64,000 bases of DNA from Bigelowiella natans CCMP2755 (taxonomy: Eukaryota > Protista > Cercozoa): the NCBI GenBank assembly GCA_000320545.1, contig ADNK01000266.1, positions 1 through 64,000 on the forward strand. Reading direction: 5' to 3'. The notes below the pieces were generated by a model, which had not been told where the DNA came from, ran no database searches, and saw nothing but the letters and a program-made list of their open reading frames with translations. This document shows, one piece after another, positions 46,142 through 59,599 of the stretch; positions within the stretch are counted from its first letter, which is position 1; the number at the start of each line of letters is the position of its first letter. Made by a program: the position numbers and the translations under genes.

Positions 46142-49100
46142 ATGGGTCGTAGGAGATCTGTCCGCAAGCGATTTCAAAATAAGGTGAGTTACAGATAGGT
46201 GCATAAGCGAAGACTATACATGCAGTTACCATTTGTTCCCCACGTACGTCACGTGTGTTCGCGCGTCTCCTCTACATCCATCTTTTGCCTTGGTCATGGC
46301 ATTATGAATGAAACATAATGAATTTCTATTTATGGCAGCATTCCCTTTTTGGTTGTGGATTCAAAGATGATTTTGGTACTCTAAACTATTTCAGAGACAA
46401 CGCAGGGAATACAACCCGTCAGAACGCAAGGAGAAGCAGCGGCTTGCAGACCAACTCGATGCGAAGTTTGGCTACGAACGCTACACAGATCTTGAGCCGC
46501 GAGAAGCATTCCTCTTCAACATGCGCAAGGTTCATTATCTCGAGCTGAGTTGAGGAGGAGCGTGTCTCAATTACTCTTTTCCCTATGATGTGGATTCTAC
46601 TATATTTCAAAATTCTTAGACATCCATATTTACGGATGAACCAGAAGTGGAGCTATCGTGCATCGATCTATACTTCGTTGAGCAAGGTCGTTTGATGTCG
46701 TTGCAAAGTACTAGTTCGAAAGTTTAAACAAATCGTGGTAATTCCACCACAGACGGGAAAACATTCAAGGGATCGTTGGTCCACAATCCCTACTTTCTGA
46801 TCCAAGTGAAGGTACGTAACAACAGCGCCGTTGTCAACAATTCCATCCACGTAATATCGCTGTATAAACACAGTCTCGTGGAGAGTCTCATTTACTGGAA
46901 GTTGAGTCTTACTTAAAACGGAGATTTGAGGTATTTTTATCCCATAAATTGAGAATTATGGTGGGGTTGGTGACGGTCCAAAAATGTACTTTGCACTACT
47001 CATTTGCAGGATAAAATTGCCAACGTGGAGAGGGTTCAGAAGAAGGATCTCTCAGTGGTATGTATGTATGTCTGCTGCAATCTTGACGATGAGTGCATTG
47101 CATTGCGAAAGGCTGTTCTATTTTATGATTCTTTCTAAAAAAAATGTTTAATTTATACTTCAGCTGAACCACCTTGCTGGGATAGAAGTCCAGTTCCTGA
47201 AGCTCGTTTTCAAGAGTGTTCCGGTGGGTGTTTGTATGTGTTAAGGTTTGTTTCGATGTGCGCATAACATCGTGTTCTGTGCTCCTCAGGTACTGCTCGG
47301 CGTTCGAGAGGAATTAAAGCCAATTATTTTGAAGAATAAAGAGCTGCAACGGCGAAGGGAGACATATGAATTCGGCGGAGATAGTTCTGCGAATAACAAC
47401 TCGTTGCGCCTAGAATCGGTAATCAAAACCCCCATGGTGTTAGAAGGGTGATGGGTGTAGAGTAGGCGTCCGCCGATTTAATGATCAATACATGCTGTGC
47501 AGGTACTCGACTGCATCATCGATATCAGAGAGTACGATGTCAAATACGAGCAGAGGGTGTCCATAGACACAGGCTGTCGGGTAGGGAAGTGGTACACGGT
47601 TTCTGGGATCAAGGGCTCCAAAGGAATAAAGATGGTAGGCTGCGAACGAGAAGCACGCCCTCACATGAAGACGTTGGCGTATGATATCGAGTGTACAAAG
47701 GCGCCATTGAAGTTTCCGAACGCTGAAGTGGACCAGATCATGATGATCTCGTACATGCTAGACGGGAAGGGCTACCTAATCATAAATCGTGAGATCGTCT
47801 CAGAGGATATCGACGACTTCGAGTACACGCCGAAGCCTGAGTACCCGGGCCCTTTTCATATCTTCAACGAGAAGAACGAACACGACACCATTCGACGATT
47901 TATCGGCCACATAAAGAAAGAGAAGCCGCTGATCATCGTCACATACAACGGCGACTTCTTCGATTGGCCCTTCGTTGACAAACGTGCGAAGAAGTATGGC
48001 ATTTACCTCTACAACGAGATTGGGGTGTGGTTGAGCGGGGAAGAGTACGTAGGAAGGTTCTCAGTACATATGGACGCCTTTCACTGGGTACAGCGTGATA
48101 GCTATCTCCCACAAGGAAGCCAGGGCTTGAAAGCAGTCACTAGGTACAAATTGGGCTACGACCCTATCGAAGTCGATCCTGAGGATATGCTGCCATTTGC
48201 CACCGAGCAGCCGCAGAAGCTCGCAGCGTATTCCGTCTCTGACGCCGTCGCAACCTATTACCTTTACATGAAATACGTGCATTCTTTCATCTTTTCTTTG
48301 TGCACGATTCTGCCGGTAAGTCCGAGCGATGTGCTTCGAAAGGGCTCCGGAACTCTTTGCGAGCTCTTGCTTATGGTGAAATCCTATGAAGGCAATATCG
48401 TGTGCCCGGACAAGCAAAAGTCGGGAAACTTGAAGTTCCACAAAGGACATCTTTTGGAGTCTGAGACCTATATCGGCGGTCACGTCGAAGGGCTTGAATC
48501 TGGGGTGTTTCGAGATGATATTCCATGCAAGTTTCGATGCAATCCCGAGTACATCAAGGAGCTGATTTCAGGGGTGGACCGCATCATCAAGTTTGCGGTG
48601 TGCCACGAAGGCGGCATTGAGGAGAAGAAAATTAAGAACTTCGACCAAGTCAAAAAACAAATTGTGGAAAAACTCCAGAAGCTCCACGATCAGCCAAACA
48701 TTGAATGTTTGCCGATGATATACCATTTGGATGTAGGCGCAATGTACCCCAACATCATCCTCACCAACAGACTCCAGCCAATGGCGATCGTCGACGAGTC
48801 TGTTTGTGCAGCCTGCGACTTCAACAAACCCGGGAAAAATTGCCAAAGGAAGATGAAATGGAGCTGGCGAGGCAAGTACCATCCCCTCAGCAAAAGCGAG
48901 TTTAACAGTATCAGAAACCAGCTCTCCTTCGAGGACGTATTGGTGCAAAAATCAGACGGTGACTACGCTAAGGAGAATAAGAGCTCAAAGGGAGGCGATG
49001 ATGAAAAGAAGACCAACCCCAATGCGGCCTTCTCGGACATGATAAAGAAGAGATTCAGCGACCTCACGGAATACCAGAAAATGGAGCAGATCCGCAAGCG

Positions 49101-52100
49101 AGTCAAGATGTACTCGCAGAAGGTCTACAAGCGGTTCACCGACGAAGATGTCGTCGAGAAGGAAGCCATCATCTGCCAACGCGAGAACCCCTTCTATGTC
49201 AACACCGTGCGCACGTTCCGCGACCGCCGTTACATGTACAAGCGGCTGAAGAAGAAATGGAGCAAGAAGATCAGCAAGGCTAAGAACCCCGTGGAGCTGC
49301 AGAAGGCGAAGGACATGACGCTGCTCTACGATTCCATGCAGCTCGCGCACAAGTGCATTCTCAACTCATTCTACGGATACGTCATGCGTCGAGGAGCTCG
49401 CTGGCACTCGATCGAGATGGCCGGCGTGGTGACACAGACTGGCGCGAACATCATTAGGGATGCGCGACATGTTGTCGAGCAGATCGGGAGGCCTCTTGAG
49501 CTAGATACCGATGGGATATGGTGCATCCTCCCTTGTACCTTCCCCGAGAACTTCACTGTTGAAACCACCGACGAGAAGCAGCCGACCTACACGTTTTCCT
49601 ACACCAACACGCTGCTCAATGTGGGGGTGGAGGACAAATACACTAATCATCAGTATCAGGATCTTGACGATGAGATCACGCGAGACTATTCCACCAAGTC
49701 TCGGTGTACGATCTACTTCGAGGTTGACGGGCCTTACCGGTGCATGGTCCTGCCTGCATCGAAGGACGAAGGAAAGAGCATCAAGAAGCGCTACGCGGTC
49801 TTCAACAAAGATGGCAGCTTAGCCGAGCTCAAAGGCTTCGAAATCAAGCGGCGGGGAGAGCTGCAGCTTATCAAGATCTTCCAATCTGAGGTGTTCTCGA
49901 CCTTCCTCAAGGGCAAATCGCTGGGGGAGGTGTACGAAGCCGTTGGGGATAGAGCGAACCATTGGCTTGACATCCTTGACACTGAGGGGGAGGACCTTGA
50001 AGATAAGGATCTGTTTGATTTGATCTCTGAAGCCAAGAACATGAGCGGCATCTTGGCGGAGTACCTCGCGAAGGGGAACAAGTCCACGAGCATCACCTGC
50101 GCACAACGCCTGGCGGAGTTCCTGGGCAATGAGATGGTGAAGGACAAGGGGCTCAACTGTAAGTTCATCATCTCCAAGTACCCAGAGACGAGCCCGGTGA
50201 GCCAACGGGCAATTCCTACCAACATCTTCGCTGCTGAGGATTCCATCCGTATCCATTACCTCAAGAGATGGACGAGGAACAACACGCTCGAGACTTACGA
50301 CATTCGCTCCATTCTGGACTGGGGCTACTACCGCACTCGCCTGAGCTCTGCAATCATGAAGATCATCACGATTCCAGCGGCCTTTCAGAAGGTCACGAAC
50401 CCAGTGCCTAGGGTGGAACACCCGTCTTGGCTGCTCAAACGCCTGAGGGAGCGAGACGATAAGCACAAACAGTCACGAATCTTCAACTTCTTCAATAAGA
50501 AGGAAGAGGTCAAAATGGGCCCGCCACAGGCTGCTGCAGATATCGAGGACCTCACCCAGTTTTCCCAGCGCAGTACCTTTACGAGCCCGCTCAAGAAGAA
50601 GTTTGCGAAGGTTCGGCGCAGAAGACGCGTGGCCATGAAGCAGCAAGATGACGATGGCGCAGATATGAAAGTAGTCTCGGACGAAAACTTTGATATTGAT
50701 AACTTCGACATCGACAAGGCGATGCAAAGCGATGATGATGAGGAGGAGGAAAAGAGCAACGACGACAAGGAGAATCACGCACTGCAGTCAATGGAACAAG
50801 ATGAAGACGGAAACGGCGTCATTGAATCAAAGAACAGCTCTCCGCCTTCCCCCTCTGAGGAGCAGGAGAACGCCATTCCTGAACCTTCAAACATCGATGA
50901 GTTCCAAGACTGGATCAAGCAAACAAAGAAACAATGGAGAACGGACCTTGCCAGGAAGCGCCGTATCTTCAAGGGCTTAACAACGAACAACCCCAACGGC
51001 AGTAAAATACTCAGAGGTGGCAAAGATGGAGAGGGGGCGGGGAAAATCTCCAAAATCCGGCTACGAGATGGTCTAGGATCGTACCTCCAGGATCACGCCA
51101 GCAGGGTGAGGACAGAGTACTGGCAAGTGCTGCAGGTGATCGAGAATCCCAGTGCACCTGGGTTGTTCCGCGTGTGGGCCATCGTAGGCGAGGCGATGAA
51201 GAGCTTCCAGGTGAAAGTCCCCCGTGTGATCTACATCAACTCAAGAACAGAGAACGTGATGAGCGAGGCAAACGCTGTCAAGATCGCCACGCGGACACTC
51301 CCTCGTCGCCGGCAGTGTCTTCATTTGTACCAAGTGACGATGGAGGAGAAGGAGTTCATCAAGAACATGAAGCAGCTGGGCCAGTTCCTCGCCAGACCGG
51401 ACATCGAAGGGGTGTACGAGACTCAGGTGCCTCTCATGTTCAGATTCCTCAAGGAAATAGGATGCGTCTGCAACCTCAAGAAGCGCAAGAGCGACACGGC
51501 CGGCATTCAGCTGGGAAACAACGAATACATGATGGACCAGCTCGAGTACAAAACGACGACGGAGTGCTCGTACTTGGAACCCAACATCTCGAAGCTCAAG
51601 ATCCAGCTGCTGTACCTGTACCACAGCTTCACTGGCGGGCGACACGTCTTCGGTTTGTTCTTCACGAATTCGTCGAGAGCGCTCGTTGTGGTGGCCAATC
51701 CTGGGAACGCGCCCCTGGACAAGTTCAACTTCGAGAAGGGCCTCCGCGACGCTGTGGACCGATCGCAGTGCCCGCACGTCAACAGCAGGGATTTCGATTT
51801 CGAAATCAGCCGCGTGCAGAGCAAAGACGACGCCTGGGAGGAACTCAACGCCGCCATTGTCGAGTACCAGAGCGAGACCAAAAAGTCCACGGTACTGCTG
51901 AGCCAGTGTGCCTCGAGCCTAGAGGAGATCTACTTCAACATCCCTTCCCTCAAATCGGCCTTTCCCGTAGTAAGCATTGCCTCCACCGCGTTTGACAACC
52001 AGTACCCTGCGCTGCAATGGTTCGGGCACGCCGCACGTCGAATGCTCCATCGCTACGTCAGTTCGTTTGACTGGTGGAAGGAAAGCGTCAACTTGTGCCG

Positions 52101-53126
52101 ATATGCGCACGTGCCCATTGGCAACTTGCCTGCAGATCACCCCGCTTTTGTGTCCGATCTCTTCTACGCACGTGCTCTCTCGCAATCGCGGCACCTCCTC
52201 TGGCTCTCGGACACCATGCGCCCCGATCTTGGCGGGAAGGAGGAGGATGAGAACATGTTTGAGGATGAGCACGCCAACCCAGAGTCTATTACGAGAGGCT
52301 GCTACCGCAGCGTGTGCGTGGAGATCGAAGTTGCGAATCTCGCGGTGAATGCCGTGATGCAGGAGGCCCAGCTTGACGAGACGGAGGAGGTGTACTTCAA
52401 CACAGACACCGACCTTGCCAGCTTCAAAGTGCTCAAGTCCATGGTCACCAACTGGTTCTTCAACTGCGTGCACAGCGAGAACCAATTCGCGGACATGCTG
52501 CTCACGCATTTCTACCGGTGGATCAGGAGCCCCTTGTCGCTCCTCCACGACGGTGCCCTGCACAGGATCATCCACACGCTCATGCAGAAGATGTTCATGC
52601 ACATGACGGCCAAGTTCAGAAGGCTGGGCTCGTCGGTGGTGTATGCGTCGTTCGAGAAGCTGATCATCGACACGAAGAAGATGTCCGTCCACAGAGCGCT
52701 CTCCTACTGCAAGTACGTCATTGACTCGCTCAAATCCCGTGAGATCTTCGAGTGGATTTCTTTGGAGCCAATGCATGTATGGCAGGCGCTTCTCTTCATG
52801 GACCACGCCAACTACGGCGGACTCTACCACGAAGGCGAGGTTGAGGATGGAGGCAGGGATGCGGGGGGGATGAGCCAGATAGAGCGTGCGTTAACTGCCA
52901 AGGCCGGGCAAGCAACGTCCAGCAAGGAGATTCACTCAAACTGGGACATCTCACGCTATTTGCCAACAGAGGTGCAGAAGTACTTCGAACTGGCGGTGTC
53001 CGAGTTCCTGTACGTGCCATATCAGCAGGTAATGAAAGTTGAGGGAGGGGGGGGGGGGGGGGGAGAGGGAAAGGAGAGGAAAGTGTTCCTCCAACCGATT
53101 GTACCATCACTGAGTTTGTTATTTGC

Positions 53127-53159
<33 letters not shown>

Positions 53160-53699
53160 CTCTCTCGCTCTTCTCCCTTTCTCTGTCTTTAGGTTTTCGA
53201 CAATGACGAGGAAGAGCCTTCCATGACCGTCACGGACGAGAAGAAGCTGATGGAGATACAAGAGAAGGTTTCTCAGATGATATCTTGCCGCTCCTCTACC
53301 TCCTTCTTCCCCAACAAGCTCTTTGCCATCATCAGGGGGCTCCAGAAAGGTGAGAGAATTATGATGATAACGATGATGATAATAGAGGATGAAGAATAGG
53401 AGGGAAAATGGGGATGGTGATGATAATTCCGTCTCCTCCTGCCTAACTTGCACGCATGTATCCGCTGCGCTGCGCTTCCTTTTCCCTCCCACATTGAAGG
53501 CAATTTTTAAGAACTACATCATCATCATCATCATCATCATGATGGTAAATATATATACCTAAACAGCGGAGGGGACGATGGAGCAGCCAGAAGAGCTGCC
53601 TGGAGCCCATATAAAACTAGGAACGGCAGCATTAGAGTTCATCAAGTTTGTGTCTCACGTATTCGCACTTGACAAAACCGTCAAGCGAGAGGTATGTAT

Positions 53700-53739
<40 letters not shown>

Positions 53740-54583
53740 GTCGTCAAATACGCAAACAGTGTGGTGGTCATTGTAGTAGTATTAGTAGTAGTAGTATTAG
53801 TAGTTGACGAGCACAATAGTATTATTAAAACGAACCGTTGCCACATGCAACAAGATCATACTTTGAAGAAATTGTTATTCCTCCTCCTCCTCCTCCTCCT
53901 CCTCCTCCTCCTCCTTCTTACTCTATTCTCCCTTGAATATGCTGGCCCCTCCCTCGATGCAGGTTGGCGTTTTGAGGAAGCAAATGCTAAAGCTGGCAAA
54001 CGTCCAAGCATATTCGGAAGAAGCTCAGTTCAAGAACCCATGCCTGACGTTCATTCTTCCCGACGTGATCTGCTCTTACTGCAACCACTGTCGTGACCTT
54101 GACCTGTGCCGTGATCCTGACCTCATCCAGCATGTTTGGAAGTGCGATCGCTGCGAGCATCAATACGACAAGGTACTACCTTCAGCTATCACCCCCGTAG
54201 TATTTGTAGTATTCGTTGTAGTAGTTGTAGTAGTAGTTGTACCGCTCGTGGCGCGACAGCATTCGAAACGACGATTGGCGAGTTGTGTTGTATGTTTGTA
54301 TACTACACCCGTTGTTGTTGCTGCCTCGTGAATGTGCTGCTACGCGGTTAATGCGTTTGCGGTTGGTTGATAAGCCGAATAATAAGTGATTGCTGCCTTC
54401 AGGATCTCATCGAAGCCAGTTTAGTCCAGATTATCAATAAAAGACACACAAATTATCAGGTAGTAGTTGGAGTAGTAGTAGTCGTCGTCGTAGTAGTAGC
54501 CGCAGTAGTTTTGTGACTGCTGCTGCTGCTGCTGCTGATGCAGATACTTGGAGCTTGACCACTTACTCGCACATAAAGAGCAC

Positions 54584-54674
<91 letters not shown>

Positions 54675-54692
54675 AATACATATTGATATGTT

Positions 54693-54737
<45 letters not shown>

Positions 54738-55082
54738 AGAGAATAAATTCATTCCTTGATGGCGGGTGAACTAACTAGGTACAAGATTTGGTCTGTGGTC
54801 GTTGTGGCGAGGTCAAAGTAACGAACATGGGCCAATACTGTGCGTGCTCCGGGGAATATAAAAACCGCAGCACGCCATCGGACTTTAGGAAGGATTTAAT
54901 ACCGTAAGTTACCTTATCAACAATCTGTTTGTCGGCTGCCATTGTGACGTAGTCAACCCATTTATGACGATAATAATAGGTTTTTGAACATAGCAAAGTA
55001 TCACAAATTCGAGTGGCTTGAGGAGACGCTCCATACATGCCTTGATCCTGTAGGTGCCGCACCATCGATTTTCGACAGATAG
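46142..55082 (+). CDS. POLE: DNA polymerase epsilon catalytic subunit A (multi-exon, with a 5526-nt central exon 47503..53028)
   Basis: N-terminal LDAKFGYERY. Exo I LAYDIECTKAPLKFP. Motif A YHLDVGAMYPNIILTNRLQP, motif B QLAHKCILNSFYGY, motif C LELDTDGIWC. C-terminal Zn fingers CSYC..CRDLDLC...WKCDRC and CGRC...YCACSG. TAG at 55080-55082. Confidence 0.99.
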
Positions 55083-55149
55083 ATAGCATGCCAATGATAA
55101 AGTGACATCCACTGCTAGACTGTTGTCGCCTTTATTTATTGAGCTCACG

Positions 55150-55880
55150 ATCATATTAGAATTTGTACATAACATACAAAGAGGCCACAGTGTACGTTTC
55201 TAGCGTTTGCATGGTCACTTCGTAGATACAAATATAACTATACCTAGCTAGCTAGCTAGCTAGCTAAATTAATGGAGGTAAGACACTACGTTCAGCTAAT
55301 AAATGACAATATTTCACGTGCACATCTAGCTAGCTAGATAGATGTTGTACGTTGTCTAGTTGTGTCCAGCACCGCAGCTACGATATTCGGGCGCTATTGC
55401 TAGCATACTAGCATAGCCGTCGAATAATGGCACAAATGCAGCATTGAACCGCGCTAGCGCGCTAGCACGAGCAGCGTATCTGCAAGGCCAGGAGGTCTAG
55501 CTAGGTAGCTAGAGCTAGAGAGGCATCTAGCTAGCTAGCTTGCTGGGTATGCTCGACATATTTAGACATCTGGCGCGGCATCACCGAACATTAGAGCGAC
55601 TGCGCGAGCAGAAACAATAGCGCGGCGCATCTAGGCATCCTGATCGAGAGGTTAAGTGGTGCATCACATGTGCAGGCTAAATTTGGACGTGTGGCCTCGT
55701 GCGTCAGCCATGCTAGCATGGTCCCGTCGTCACAAGCTTTGATCACGGTGCAACACTGCTATCAGTTGTGAAACTTCATGGAGTCGACATGCAGCAATGC
55801 AATACCTTATGCGTGTAATAGATACACAACTTTATTCCATATCCAATTTGTGTTTGTTGTGTCCCGCACATGTTGTAGCG
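55150..55880. repeat. Palindrome-rich intergenic block H
   Basis: (CTAG)n near 55247, 55326 and 55527. CCATGCTAGCATGG at 55708-55721. Between convergent POLE and ADF-H genes. Confidence 0.75.
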
Positions 55881-55889
55881 CATGAATCA

Positions 55890-57069
55890 TCATGATACCG
55901 ATTGAACCTGTTGTCCTTCACCGAAATCATAATACTTTGGGGGATGTGCAGATCCAGCAGCACAAAGTTTTCGGGCTGAAAGTTATCGAGCAAATTCTTT
56001 ATTTGAATGACTCTGAAATTTGAAAATTTGAAAAAATATATATTGAAAAATTATATCTCGACCAATTTCTGATGGGCTCAAATCGTCCGTGCTCACCAGC
56101 CTGAAATTGACAGCTGAAAAATTATAGAAATTAATAATTTAAGCTCGCATTATTTCTTCGGCAACATATTTTAATTTTATAAAACCAACCGATTCCACTG
56201 AATATCTTTCCTACAGTTCTTCTCCCTTCCAAAGCTGCCATCCTTTTCATACCGCTAACCTTTTCACCGACATATTCTACCTAATGGAGAAATAAGAACA
56301 TGTAAGGTTACAGTTGTTTTGAGTATATTAAGCAATATCATCACCTGAACCAGCTTAGTCCGCACATTTTTGTCGTCCACGCCATGTACATTCAAGCAAG
56401 CAAACAGTACTCGCTCGGGGTTCATCACCTCTTTTAGCTTTGTTAAACCTAAATCAAATTTATCCCTGTGTCATTACATGTGCGCGCGCTCATAAACACA
56501 AAAACATATGCATACATTTCAATACAATATGATGTGGTCACTTTACGAACCTACGCCAGATGCAATAGCCTTCATCTTCGATTTCTTTCCCGGTTCTAGC
56601 ACCATGAAAGATCCAGCAGCTGCTCCCTTATATGATATTTTTTTGAATAACCCCTTGAGATCCAAAGTGCCTATTTTTTCCCCCGCTGGTTTGTTGACAC
56701 TTTTTCCCTCTTTTACAACTTTGGGAGTAGTCTTCATCTTGGCCTCCTCTTTCACCTCGGCATCCTTCTTGTTTTGGGATGGGGGAGAAGGAAGGATGAC
56801 GTTGTGAGAAGAAGGGGAAGACCCAGTAGCGTTTTCGTTCGAGGAGGATCCATTTTGTAGTTGAATCTCGAGGTTAAGAAGCCGCTCAAGGGCTGCTTCG
56901 ACAGAATCTAACAAGTAGAACTTGTACTTTACGCTAAACTTGGAGTGGCTATGTAATTGCTTGACAGACCTACATTGCCAACACTTTCAACGTTGAAACG
57001 AGCCTCAATCTTTTCCAGAGCAGCCTCCAGTCGGACCTTCAAAGCAGGGTCGATAGATGTGATTGCCAT
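55890..57069 (-). CDS. Coactosin/drebrin-like ADF-H domain protein with an N-terminal extension, multi-exon
   Basis: Spliced C-terminal half SFMVLEPGKK..AIASG|GLTKLKEVMNPERVLFACLNVHGVDDKNVRTKLVQ|VEYVGEKVSGMKRM...KIFSGI|AVNF...DDLSPSEI|ARKLCAAGSAHPPKYYDFG matches coactosin-type ADF-H. N-terminus MAITSIDPALKVRLEAALEKIE. Confidence 0.8.
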
Positions 57070-57790
57070 CTTTAGATTATTGGGACTCCGACTTGGCGAT
57101 GGTGACAGCACACTTCTGAGGTTATTGGCTCAATTTGGGTTTTGAAGCAGCAGTTTTGTGCCGGGATTCCATGTCAGCACTTGTCGCATCTGTGGATCTG
57201 CAGGAGGTGCTTGCCTGTAATATCTTGTTCATCACCAATAATTCATTGTCGCTATCATTTTCCTAATTGTAATTCGTGCTTGACGACAACAAGTTACGTG
57301 GTTCCGTACCCGGAAGTCGTTGGGAGTTTGAACAGACTGACACCACTTTTTTTAGTAAATGTAGGGGATTACGTTGCAAAACACCTTAGCGCGCAAAACT
57401 ATCTGGGGTACACCATGAAAACGAATTTTTCTTAGAATCAAAATCAAACGGCGAAATTGTTCGAAAATGGGAATTTTCGACGAAATACCGATTTACAGTG
57501 CCAATCAAACTTCAATTCTCCACAGATTAGAAAGTTATACTGTTTGTGCCGGTATTAATCTATGTTCCTGTGGAACCAGTTGGAGCTTAGAATTTTACGG
57601 AAGATTATGTCATGATACATACCACCTTGCATAACGTTAAGAAAGTAGTCCATTTTTCAAAACGCCTACGCTAATTTAAGATTTCGCCTATGTCTTCATG
57701 TCGTATTTCACTAATTTAAGCTATTTTCTTAATTTTGCATATCTGCTTCTCGTGGGAAGTGCTGAAAAGAAAGGAGCACTTGATTCACAA

Positions 57791-59479
57791 ATGTCCACCG
57801 TGGCCCATCCCACCCCAGATTATGATCCCATGAAAAACCTCCGCCCAGACCGCCTCACTGAACACCTGTCTAAAGTCGGAGGGATTACGAATCTAAGCGA
57901 TGCTGTTGAGAGTGCAACTTCCGGTGGAGATCTGGAAGAGGTATGCCTTCGTTGAGTTGAATATGTATCTGTACTTCTTCACACAAATGATCATCTCTAT
58001 CTCCACTCCTTATGTTAGAAATTTCCACAGACTTTACATTAATGGATCATGTTGCCTGTCAGGTAAAAAATATCTTGGGAACCTGCGTCAAAATTTTGCT
58101 TGATGCTTCACCAACGGATGCGGAAGAACCTTCGGAAGACAGTGTTGATGGTGATACAGAATGATTTTATTGCTAACACTCGTTTTACTTGAATAATTTA
58201 AAACTTGTTTCATACTGTTTGATGTACAGATATTTTTCGAATCCATGAAACTGCACTCTGCACAAGTGCTGAAGCAGGCCATGCTTCAATTCTGCGATAT
58301 ATTCTCCAAAACCTAGCCTTACTTTCAGGAGAAAAGAAACGACATGTTTCAAAGGAAACCCAACTCTATGTGGAGCTCTGCCGTTTGAAACTAGCTCTGA
58401 CGTTCTCCAGAGAACATGACGATATACTAGAGTACATATTAAACCTGCTGAAGCTAAAACGTGAGGAACTAGAGGCCGAAGCTTCTATCATATACGATTC
58501 GGAGCAAGAAATTAAAGCGTACCTACAATTTGTTCGTGAATACCTAGTCTACAAGATACCGAATCTCACCAAAAATAGGAGCAAGAAATCTCTAAATATA
58601 GGAAGAGAAGACTATGAATACAACGATCATGAAGGAAGATGGGAACGTCGAAGCCCCTTCCTCTCTCTTGTATCCGAAATTTCCGTTGGATTACTTGTTG
58701 AAGCAGTCGGAGTTCACGGTACAAAGACAACCGTGTTCGACGAAGTCTTCAATATTCTAAACGAAGATTTAGGAATGAATTACCTAAACTATCAAGAGAT
58801 AATCAACCGTTGTTTGCTGAGGTCTGTGGAAGATGTCAGCAGAACGGGCAACGAGTGCGCTGAAAATATCGCTATCTGGATAAATGAAGGAAACGCAAGC
58901 ATCAACACTCAGGATGGAGGAGGCTACACACCACTCATGAAAGTATTCTTGCGTGAAGGGAAAGCAGACAAGTTTTTCCTGACGAAATGGCTGATTCTTG
59001 AAGGTAAAGCTGATATGTTCATTCGAAACTACACGGGCAAGACTGCTATGGAGGTTGCCCTGCAGAGAGCTATGAACATGGAAATGCTCAAATTCAAGAC
59101 AAAGCATGCTCTGCCTGAAAATGAAGATCTTTGGTCAGCGTTCTATTTCCTTCGCCAAAAGATGGATGAATTGGCAGATGAAAAATGGAGGAGATGGCAA
59201 ATTGGAAGTAGACCTGGGAGCAACAAGACAGACGATATCAAGTATAACAGTGGGGCAAGGGCTTCAACCGTAAGTATAAATTCTTTATCGGACACAGAAT
59301 CTTCTGGATATGCATCTTTTACTGTGGATCTTGAGACAAATCATGGCCTTTATTCGACTCTCGAGCGCCCAGTTACAGAAAATAAGAAATGGTTTCACTC
59401 CCTTTTTGGAATACCTTTTTTCTTCGTCATTCTGGTCGGATTTTTTGTTTTAACTTTATTTTTAGGACTGTGCATGTAA
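57791..59479 (+). CDS. Ankyrin-repeat protein with a C-terminal transmembrane anchor, multi-exon
   Basis: ASINTQDGGGYTPLMKV...ADMFIRNYTGKTAMEVA ankyrin signatures. Terminal GIPFFFVILVGFFVLTLFLGLCM*. Short 5' exons from ATG 57791 join the 58370..59479 ORF. Confidence 0.75.
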
Positions 59480-59599
59480 TGAGTATAATGAAAATATATC
59501 AGCCTAATTTTTAAGGGCTACGACGGGTAAAATTTAATTTATTGTCAAATATAACTTATTTCTAACTGTAGTCAAATTTATAGAAATCTTTATCAGCGA

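Noticed and set aside
47497-47502. GTG at 47497 as the POLE start, and 53029-53226 as its C-terminus
   Set aside because: 47501-47502 is a splice acceptor and 53029 a donor. Conserved N- and C-terminal POLE segments lie in flanking exons.
48930-49060. Insertion in the POLE polymerase domain as an intein
   Set aside because: Only about 40 low-complexity charged residues, with no Cys/Ser start, His-Asn end or endonuclease motifs.
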